In this document: positions 56,572 to 64,000 of the stretch, in pieces | Numbering within the stretch: position 1 is the first letter of the stretch | Layout: each line of letters begins with the position of its first letter | DNA from: Candidatus Bathyarchaeota archaeon | Lineage (GTDB): Archaea > Thermoproteota > Bathyarchaeia > 40CM-2-53-6 | Direction of reading: 5' to 3' | Assembly (NCBI GenBank): GCA_005884195.1 | Contig: VBBP01000053.1 | Span: forward strand, 6,548 to 70,547 | Length of the DNA stretch: 64,000 bases | Program-made: the position numbers and the translations under genes | The notes under the pieces: generated by a model | Seen by the model: the letters and a program-made list of their open reading frames with translations, nothing else | What the model was told of the DNA's origin: nothing | The model's database searches: none

Positions 56572-59500
56572 TTACTGAGGTTTCCAGGCTATTCCCCGGA
56601 ACTGAGATGTGGAAACAGGCGAGGTCGTGAATTTCGCCAGCGTCCCGTTAGTGTAGGTGAGGACTACCCCGGAGCCCCCGCCGACAACGTACGCGATGCC
56701 TGACGACGACCAGCTGATCCCGTAAAGCCAGCCGAACGTTACCACCGGAAGCAATGTCAGTCTCGATCCGTTCCAGGTGAGCACCATCCCGTTATCTCCT
56801 GCCAACAACGCCAAAGTTCCTGTCGGGTTGAACGATATTGCACGGATCGCGTTCCCAGCAGGAACAACGCTTGTGTTGACCGGTGAGATCTGCGTCCCGT
56901 TGAATTGGAGCAGGGTCCCGCTGAGCCCGCCGATCAACGCATATGCGCCGTTTGGATTCCACGCTGAGGTCAACAGGTCCACTGTTACCCCAGTTGTCAA
57001 TGGGTGAATTGTTGTCCCGTCAAATGTCATAGCCAACCCGCCCTTGCCCACCAATAGAGCAGTTGAACCACTTGGATTCCAGCTTATCGAGTAAATCGTC
57101 GTAAACGAATTCGGTATCACCGTCGCCTTGACACCATCATACTTGAGAAGCGTGCCGGCCGAGCCGCCGATCAGCGCGTAGGATCCGTCAGGCTTCCAAG
57201 AGACCGTCCAGAAGTTGTACCCGCTCGCAACTGGTGTGGAGACGATCGTTAGACCTGTTCCATTGTACCTCATCAGAACTGCAAAGTCTCCGGATATCAG
57301 CGCGTAAGAGCCGTCAGGCTTCCAAGCAACCGATCGCAACGGCGTGGTCACCGGCGAGGGAACCTGGGTCAACGTGCCATTCTGGTATAGTCTACCAACC
57401 TTCCCGTCTATCGAGACTACAAGAGCATAGGCCGGCTGCGGCGCCGCGCCGATAACCGTTACAACGCTACCACTGCTACCGGCATGAGAAGGGTCTCCAG
57501 CATAATTTGCGGTAATTGTGTGGAATCCGGTCATAACTGGAGTGTAATTGACCGCACACGTCGAGACACCGACGGTTCCCGAACCCGTTAGCGAGCAGCT
57601 TGAGGAACCGAAAACACCGGTTGAGTTAGAGGCGAAGCTAACTGAGCCGGACGGAGACATTCTTCCGCCCACATCAGTGTCCGACACCGTAGCAACACAG
57701 CTTGTCACCGTGTTGTTCGTTGCAGGACTTGGGGAGCAAGAGACGCTCGTCGAAGTGGCTCTGTTGCCAACATTGACGGTTGCACTTCCAGAACTCGGGC
57801 TGTGGCTTGAGTCGCCGCCATAGCTCGCTGATACTGAAAGTGAACCGGACGCTGATGGAGTAATGCTGACTGAGCATGAACCGCTGGCGAGGACGCATGA
57901 GCCTCCTGGCACAAACAGAACATTTCCTGTCGGAGTTGTTCCCCCTGAGCCGGAGAAATCTACCACTGTTGCAGTGCAGCTTGTGGCCTGGTTCACGACA
58001 ACACTACTTGGACTGCAACTAACTGATGTTGATGTGGATCGAAGAATCACCGTCAGTGCAAAGGCCTGAGAACTTGTGCTAACATCGTGCGTTCCATCCC
58101 CACCGTACGTGGCCGAGAGACTGTGAGTTCCTGCTCCACTAGTCGGCATGTAAGTCGCCTGGCAACTTGACGAGGTTGAATTCTGGCCGACAAGTGCGCA
58201 CGGCGAGCCAGCAAACGAACCTGCCCCATTGCTTGAGAAACTCGCGCTTCCTGTAGGTGCCGTGGCACCAACAGGCGCTGTGTCAGTAACTGTGACCGTG
58301 CAGATCGTCGCCTGGCCGATCATAACAGACGATGGAGCACAACTCAGAGCGGTCGCTGTCGTGTCTTTCCCGAAACCTATTGACGCCGACCCTTGACTCG
58401 CTAGATGAATCACGTCACCAGAGTAGGATCCAGTAATCGTGTGTGTTGCGACGGCGGCTGGCGTGTAAGTGACTTGGCAGCTCGCAACTCCAGATGTGGC
58501 AGTATTGGAAAGACTACAACTGTTGGAGGTGAATGAGCCGGTCGAATTGGTCGTAAAGCTCACAGTGCCGACAGGGGTTGTGACTGTTTCAGGCGAAGTG
58601 TCGCTGACCGTTGCAGTGCAGGCTTCGTCGAAACCGAACCCAGTCGCGACGCAACTAAGCGTTGTAGTCGTAGCACGCAGCCCGACAACTATCGTGGATG
58701 CGCCGCTACTAGTGGAATGAACCGAGTCCCCGCCATACGATCCGGTAATCAGATGGTTCCCGGAAGCGCTGGGCCTGTAAGAAACATTGCAACCTGCCAC
58801 TCCGGAAGAGACCGTTGCAAGATTGCAATTTGATGTTGAGAATATTCCCGGTGAATCGGAGACGAAGGTGACGTTACCGGTCGGAGTCGTTCTTGCCCCG
58901 CTTGAGGCATCAGTGACCGTCGCGGTACAGCTAGACCCCTGGCCTACAACCACAGGCATCGTACAGTTGACCGCGGTTGTTGTGGCACGGGGATTGATCG
59001 TGACATTGTTCGAGAAAACAGCTGAGTGACTTGCAGAATCACTCGTCGTCAACGTAACCGTGTAGGTCCCGGTTGCCGAATAGGTATGAGTCGGTGAGCC
59101 TCCCGTCGCCGTGCCGCCGTCACCGAATGCCCAGGCGAAACCGTAAGGCGAGAACCCCCCACTGGCCGTCGCGGTGAAGGTGACGGAGATTCCTGCTCCA
59201 GGGCTCGCCGGGGCATATGTGAATCCGGTTGAGAGCGTTGGTGCGATCACAATTGTCTTTGGGACAGTTGCGGAATTCGAGTTCGCGTCTGTAACAGTCA
59301 TGCTAACCGAGTAAGACCCTTGAGCGCTGAATGCATGACCTGCAGGGCTACCGGTCACGGTTGTTCCGTCGCCAAAGTTCCACTTGAACGTGTAGGGCGT
59401 TCTGCCGCCACTGGCTGAGCCGCTGAACATGACAACTTGTCCCGGAACGAGCTGGCTTGGAGTCCACGAGAAGTCCGGTGTTAGAGTGGTAGGAGTGAAT

Positions 59501-60303
59501 CTCCAAGCGGTCATTGGATGAAGCTCCCATGAGGAGTATCCGTGTCCCGCGCTGGAAGGAGGATGCCAAGCAACAAACCCCTGAACGTCTATTTTCTGGG
59601 AAGCGGTAAGGTGATCAAAGGCGGAGTTGTCACAGAAGACCGTTCCCGCGCCGCAGTAGCCTGCGCCCACCCAGTCCCTATCTATCTCAAGCCTCATGCA
59701 TATCTTCGGATTGGGATTGTCTAGCGCTTCGCAGTTACCTGTGTAGACAGACGTGTCCTGAAAGACACCATACGCCGTGCAGTAGGTGCGACCGCCAGGG
59801 TAGGATCCAAAGCCGTTGATACCCTGGTAATGTGTCCCACATTTTCCACCGAACGAACCGTCCTCAACGATCGATCCCCCCGTAAGAGATATCCCGTGAA
59901 TTTCGACAAAGGTCGGGGCCATCGTCCCGTTCACATTCGGGTACGTGCAAGGCGGGTTGAGGTCCGGTTGAAGGTCACTAGTCGAGCCTATCTGCGATTG
60001 CTGTGTTACGAAAACCCCGTACGGTCCGCCGCTTTCGAGAGCGCCCTTGGTCGTGGCATTGAAGTGGTCTCCGATGACGCCATGGTCTGTGGTTACTACT
60101 GCTGCCTGACACTTTACGTTGGGGTTCCATGAGTTGTCGGTCGTAGCGTGGGCTAGTGGGATTGGGTTGATGAATAGAGAGGTCGGGACGAGGAGGGCTA
60201 GGATGATCAGGGAATTGGTAATCCATCTCTTGGACGTTTTACTCGGTGATTTGAAATGAGTAGACATTCGACTTTGATCGGAAGACGTTGGATCTTCCCC
60301 CAT
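56572..60303 (-). CDS. Large secreted protein: WELHP-motif domain + 2 PKD + about 5 Cys-containing Ig-like repeats + beta-propeller
   Basis: Signal peptide ending LAHA; W.FGDG twice; CTATV.D...TPTG.V.F...Y.GD..H repeats; WKPDGSYALI blades. Confidence 0.85.
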   Translation of the reverse strand: MGEDPTSSDQSRMSTHFKSPSKTSKRWITNSLIILALLVPTSLFINPIPLAHATTDNSWNPNVKCQAAVVTTDHGVIGDHFNATTKGALESGGPYGVFVTQQSQIGSTSDLQPDLNPPCTYPNVNGTMAPTFVEIHGISLTGGSIVEDGSFGGKCGTHYQGINGFGSYPGGRTYCTAYGVFQDTSVYTGNCEALDNPNPKICMRLEIDRDWVGAGYCGAGTVFCDNSAFDHLTASQKIDVQGFVAWHPPSSAGHGYSSWELHPMTAWRFTPTTLTPDFSWTPSQLVPGQVVMFSGSASGGRTPYTFKWNFGDGTTVTGSPAGHAFSAQGSYSVSMTVTDANSNSATVPKTIVIAPTLSTGFTYAPASPGAGISVTFTATASGGFSPYGFAWAFGDGGTATGGSPTHTYSATGTYTVTLTTSDSASHSAVFSNNVTINPRATTTAVNCTMPVVVGQGSSCTATVTDASSGARTTPTGNVTFVSDSPGIFSTSNCNLATVSSGVAGCNVSYRPSASGNHLITGSYGGDSVHSTSSGASTIVVGLRATTTTLSCVATGFGFDEACTATVSDTSPETVTTPVGTVSFTTNSTGSFTSNSCSLSNTATSGVASCQVTYTPAAVATHTITGSYSGDVIHLASQGSASIGFGKDTTATALSCAPSSVMIGQATICTVTVTDTAPVGATAPTGSASFSSNGAGSFAGSPCALVGQNSTSSSCQATYMPTSGAGTHSLSATYGGDGTHDVSTSSQAFALTVILRSTSTSVSCSPSSVVVNQATSCTATVVDFSGSGGTTPTGNVLFVPGGSCVLASGSCSVSITPSASGSLSVSASYGGDSSHSPSSGSATVNVGNRATSTSVSCSPSPATNNTVTSCVATVSDTDVGGRMSPSGSVSFASNSTGVFGSSSCSLTGSGTVGVSTCAVNYTPVMTGFHTITANYAGDPSHAGSSGSVVTVIGAAPQPAYALVVSIDGKVGRLYQNGTLTQVPSPVTTPLRSVAWKPDGSYALISGDFAVLMRYNGTGLTIVSTPVASGYNFWTVSWKPDGSYALIGGSAGTLLKYDGVKATVIPNSFTTIYSISWNPSGSTALLVGKGGLAMTFDGTTIHPLTTGVTVDLLTSAWNPNGAYALIGGLSGTLLQFNGTQISPVNTSVVPAGNAIRAISFNPTGTLALLAGDNGMVLTWNGSRLTLLPVVTFGWLYGISWSSSGIAYVVGGGSGVVLTYTNGTLAKFTTSPVSTSQFRGIAWKPQ

Positions 60304-61037
60304 TTAACCATTGCATTTCCAAGCAACAAAAAGATATCTTGAGATAGGTTTTCTCGAGTCTTACCCATGGCAATCGGGTTCGTAGACGAGAGTGTTAGCT
60401 GTTCCAAATCATCAGGACGCAGGTGACACGCGATCGAAAAAGTACCCACGTCCGACAAAGCATGTTCCCAGTGCTCTTTTTCTAGACACTCTTTTCCACA
60501 CAGCCCGGGACTGTCCGAATTTCCTGCGCCCACGCCCTTTCACGAAACGTACATTCGCCCTCGAAACTGGCCGGTTTCCAGCCACGATTTCATATTTGGG
60601 GACCATTCTATGCCTAATGGCAGGCATGCAAGCTTGAAGGGGGGCGTTTTCGCCACCGTCATCTAGTCCGCTTCGCGATGCCCAGATGAGCCTCACTGTC
60701 CAGAATCAGCCCCCGATCTCGGGTCTAAGACCCTTCCAAACTCTTCTACGGAATGCTCTTGCCTCGCCGAATTAAAGGCGAGTTTCGCCATTGCATCGAA
60801 GGTCCAACTCGCCCCTCGATCAGTTCGACTCGTTATTGTCCATGACAAGCCAGCATCCCCGGTCAAGAAAACTGCTGGACGTTCAGAGAGATGAGGCAAG
60901 CTCTATGCTAAGCAAATATCAGTAAGCCGGCAAACTCGAACAACGAAAATTGAGCATGCTATTAAGCGGCCATAGAACTATGGAATGCTGAGTGCCTTCC
61001 TGCCAGGATTGCATAGGCAAGGATTTAGCGGGATTAC

Positions 61038-61442
61038 ATGATGAAAAAGCGCAAACTTGTATCACTTGTAGTTGTCCTGGCGATCGTTATAGCCTCGGCA
61101 ATTCTAGGATTCATCTATTATGAGTACATTCCACGTGTCTTGGTCGATGACATGCAAACTCTAAGGGAGAGTCATATATGGCAGTTTGACCTCTTTGTTA
61201 TCGGAAATAGAAACGTCAACATCACGGTCAGCACAGCGCAATATCTTGTCTACGTAACATTCTGGTACCAGAAGAACTCAGCGGGAACCACCTACCTTAT
61301 CGACAAGCCGGTGACAAACGCGACTCAAGCCAGTTTTCCTGTTAGCGTTCAACAGAGCGGAACATACTATCTCAATGTTCAGAAGACAGAGCAATACGGG
61401 GAAACAGTAACCACACTGGTTCACGTCAAAGTCACATCATGA
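61038..61442 (+). CDS. Small membrane-anchored beta protein (GOLD-like)
   Basis: N-terminal KKRK plus TM; QSGTYYL.V motif. Confidence 0.7.
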   Translation: MMKKRKLVSLVVVLAIVIASAILGFIYYEYIPRVLVDDMQTLRESHIWQFDLFVIGNRNVNITVSTAQYLVYVTFWYQKNSAGTTYLIDKPVTNATQASFPVSVQQSGTYYLNVQKTEQYGETVTTLVHVKVTS

Positions 61443-61511
61443 ATCGCGGTGTGACCTTCAAGCACTAACGCTAAACAGATCCCCTCGCGGCCTCGTCCCG
61501 CACGGGGCCTC

Positions 61512-62174
61512 TCACCGTAGATGAGAGACCGTTGCTGGCGGCACCCAGCACTGAAAACTCTGCGAAGAGAGCGAGAAACAGAGGAGTTCCGAGCCAGTCG
61601 ATCTAACAGTAGTGTTGGTGAGATTGTAGGTAAATTCTGTGAAGTTCTGAAACTCTAGAAACAAGGTGGGGGGACTCGTTCTGTGATACCACGAGACATA
61701 ATCACAATCAGGTAGGCCCATTTGCCTTGCCCTTTGCCGGGTCGTAACGTTCATGCTTTCCAGCCAAGCGCACTCATTGTTTGGTTGAAGGGCGCTCATT
61801 GAAAGAACTTGCCCATCTGGAAGAATCAGATACTGGAATTTCACTATTTGAAAAGGCGAGGGAGTTGTGAGAGTGCGGGCTATTATGTAGGATGATGCGA
61901 ACAGAGAGAAAATCAGTATTGTGGCAAGAATATGGACACGTGTGGGGAGCTGTAATCGTTGGAGTTTTGTAGGTCGGCCGTGAGCTTTTGGGACAAAGCG
62001 AAACCCGATGACAAGATAGACGATCGCCCCCATAACAAGTACGATGAGTAAGTACTGAGAGACCTGGATATCATTCAGAGCAAATATTAGGAGTAGAAAG
62101 ACCGCGACAAATGAAAGGAGAAACAGTTTGAATAGGTTGTTTAGTTTCCATAGCTCGACCAAACAACTAGACAC
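61512..62174 (-). CDS. Hypothetical membrane protein
   Basis: 3 TM plus a Cys-containing extracellular domain. Confidence 0.65.
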   Translation of the reverse strand: MSSCLVELWKLNNLFKLFLLSFVAVFLLLIFALNDIQVSQYLLIVLVMGAIVYLVIGFRFVPKAHGRPTKLQRLQLPTRVHILATILIFSLFASSYIIARTLTTPSPFQIVKFQYLILPDGQVLSMSALQPNNECAWLESMNVTTRQRARQMGLPDCDYVSWYHRTSPPTLFLEFQNFTEFTYNLTNTTVRSTGSELLCFSLSSQSFQCWVPPATVSHLR

Positions 62175-62586
62175 CCTCTAGCTGTATGTCGCGAGACACT
62201 GCTTGCAAGATTGTCCCACAACCTGTAAGCTCCAATCCCATAACTGCAAAGTCAGTGGCTAAGTCATTTAGCGCGATTGCGAAAACTATTGCAGCTATTC
62301 CAAAGCATGCATAGCTTACGATATGGAAGAACTTCACGGTGCTAGTTGCCTTAGTTCGACGCTCCTTTGAATCCGGTAGGGTACGTATCGATATCATTCG
62401 ACTTACCGCATTCAGGATTGTTCCGATATCCATTGCTCCAAGGGCGAGCACGACGAAGTCAGTTACCAGATAAAGCGTCAGCATGCTGAGAGAGATTATT
62501 GCAATAAGGAAGAATGCAACACTCAACACGTTATAGAACCTGACGGTTGATTCGGCTTTTGACTCTGGACTAGAAGCGCTGGCCAA
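62167..62586 (-). CDS. Four-TM protein made of two tandem internal repeats
   Basis: KA.STV.F...S...F.IA...TDF......GTIL.AVSR.I occurs twice. Confidence 0.75.
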   Translation of the reverse strand: MASASSPESKAESTVRFYNVLSVAFFLIAIISLSMLTLYLVTDFVVLALGAMDIGTILNAVSRMISIRTLPDSKERRTKATSTVKFFHIVSYACFGIAAIVFAIALNDLATDFAVMGLELTGCGTILQAVSRDIQLEGV

Positions 62587-63175
62587 GTTTCGATCCTGCC
62601 TGAGTCTCGGGACCAGCTGCGGTTCTGGTATTCATTTCAGCTCTGCAACCGAGTATTCAACTCGTGGGTACTGATCCTCCACTCGCATCCAAAATCATCG
62701 CGCCGAACCTCTCCCGGTTCAATCTCTACAAGTTAAGTCTCCAGAACACGCTGGGCTTCAAGGTATGCTTGAAAGACGTGTTCGTCCATCAGGAGGGCTC
62801 TCGTCGAGTCCGCCGGTTTCGTTGTCAGAAAACAACATTCTTCCTCCCGACTATACCGCAGGCCTTCCGACTACTTTTTCGACTGTGATGAGATACGTTA
62901 GGGCTTCACGAATTCCGTTTGCTCCGAATCCGACACTTGCACAATCTCTGTTCGAGAATTACGGCTGAGGTTTTTCTTCACACCTCGGAGTAACGCCTGA
63001 CCTCCTAGATGGCGGCAGAGTTTTTCGTACTCTCTCGTGCTGGGTTTGTTCAGATTCCCTTCCCAATTTGGGCGGTCATTCCCAATGTTCGAGAGAGTAA
63101 CGATAATGCCATAGTCCAACCCAGCGGGGAGGAAGATGGTACATCGGTCTGAAAGTCAGAGTAAAAGCGAAAGGG

Positions 63176-64000
63176 CTATTCGTTGCGCGTCAGCCGTTTC
63201 ATACGGCGCTTCGTACGCTCTAGGTCTGACCGAGCACTCATCGTTACGAGGACGAGAGAGGCGACCAGCCCTAAGATCCCCCCTATGACCAGAAGTCCCC
63301 ACGTGGAGGACATGATAGGCAATACCTTGCAAGACAAGCAGTTGTTGTTCGAGCCAGCGCTTGATCCGCCGCCGGAGCCCCCGTTTGAACCTCCAGGCGA
63401 CGCTGGGATGACTCGTACATTCAGAGGCGCGATGTCCTGTTGGGAGGGATTGGTCTTGTCAGTTGCCGAAAATACGATAACATAGGAGCCAGTCTGGTTT
63501 GTACGCGGTATCCAATAGAAGACCCCTGTCGCCGGACTAAAGGTCGCGCCTCGAGGTAGCCCCATTGCAGAGAGGACTGGGACGGATCCAGGGTTAGCAT
63601 CTGTGGCTCTCACCACGAAGGTGAGCGTACTCCCAACAGCGAGCGTCTGATTATCAGGAATACTCAGAACAGGTGCCATCACGCCCGCCACCACGACTAC
63701 CGTCGACACTGACACTGTCAAGCCGCCAGAATCTGAGACCTGAAGACTCACAGTATAGCTTACCGAGCTCGAGTAGACGTGGGAGGTACTGGAGCCCGTG
63801 CCTGTCGTACCGTCCCCGAAATCCCAGGAATAGGCGTAGGGTGCAGTCCCACCGCTCGTCAGACCAGTGAATGCTACTGGTGAGTTCGTGGTCGGAGATG
63901 ACGGGAGAAATGTGAATCCAGTCGAGAGAGAAGGCGGCGTCGCAAGGACGTTCACAATGTTCGAACTTGTCGCGCTTTGCGATGGCGAGGATGAGTCTGT
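63176..64000 (-). CDS. PKD + Ig-like surface protein, 5'-truncated by window edge
   Basis: Frame open to 64000; GGTAPYAYSWDFGDG, GLPRGATF..TG.F.W.P, Gly/Ser linker, TM, basic tail. Confidence 0.85.
   Translation of the reverse strand, partial: TDSSSPSQSATSSNIVNVLATPPSLSTGFTFLPSSPTTNSPVAFTGLTSGGTAPYAYSWDFGDGTTGTGSSTSHVYSSSVSYTVSLQVSDSGGLTVSVSTVVVVAGVMAPVLSIPDNQTLAVGSTLTFVVRATDANPGSVPVLSAMGLPRGATFSPATGVFYWIPRTNQTGSYVIVFSATDKTNPSQQDIAPLNVRVIPASPGGSNGGSGGGSSAGSNNNCLSCKVLPIMSSTWGLLVIGGILGLVASLVLVTMSARSDLERTKRRMKRLTRNE

Noticed and set aside
57450-59000. CRISPR or tandem DNA repeat array
   Set aside because: The periodicity comes from degenerate protein Ig-like repeats, with no identical DNA repeats and spacers. 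No CRISPR array or cas genes were seen anywhere in the window.
62590-63170. Short ORFs between surface genes
   Set aside because: Conflicting overlapping frames with no recognisable motif; not supportable.

Overview
Archaeal chromosomal window of roughly 52-53% GC (estimated by eye). Archaeal origin is inferred from a DUF359 GTP-dependent dephospho-CoA kinase, AlaX-M, DUF1616-like membrane proteins and TATA boxes close to start codons; a Bathyarchaeia/Thermoproteota-like host is only a guess. Five zones. (1) 1-14.8 kb, metabolic genes: ABC-2 exporter, AlaX, LsrF, a haloalkane-dehalogenase-like hydrolase, an O2-dependent hppD-FAH-hmgA tyrosine catabolic operon followed by an iron-ADH, proline dehydrogenase, aldo/keto reductase. 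(2) About 14.9-19.2 kb, a decaying tyrosine-recombinase element: a frameshifted integrase, a ~290-nt non-coding segment closed by a G-U-compatible stem, and a 1,167-bp cargo unit bounded by 23-bp direct repeats, the first containing the integrase stop codon. (3) 19.3-24.9 kb: LarA-family enzyme, PPC protein, MFS, LigB-like protein, dephospho-CoA kinase, bacterial-type GAPDH with NADP-type residues. (4) 24.9-40.2 kb, a surface-glycan locus: WbpB/E/D-like trio, GT2s, deacetylase, GT-C-like protein and PHP, plus a translationally coupled nucleotidyltransferase / TMK-fold kinase / AP-superfamily module and a second TMK-fold kinase. (5) 40.4-64 kb, a low-density island of secreted or membrane-anchored proteins (phosphoesterases, GH5, PKD/Ig/FN3, beta-propellers) with gene remnants. 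Best candidates for new biology: the repeat-bounded cassette with the structured segment, the kinase/NTase/transferase module, and an N-terminal strand shared by a small fibre-like subunit and an adjacent phosphoesterase. No rRNA, tRNA or CRISPR array was recognised. All family calls come from motif recognition by eye, not database searches.
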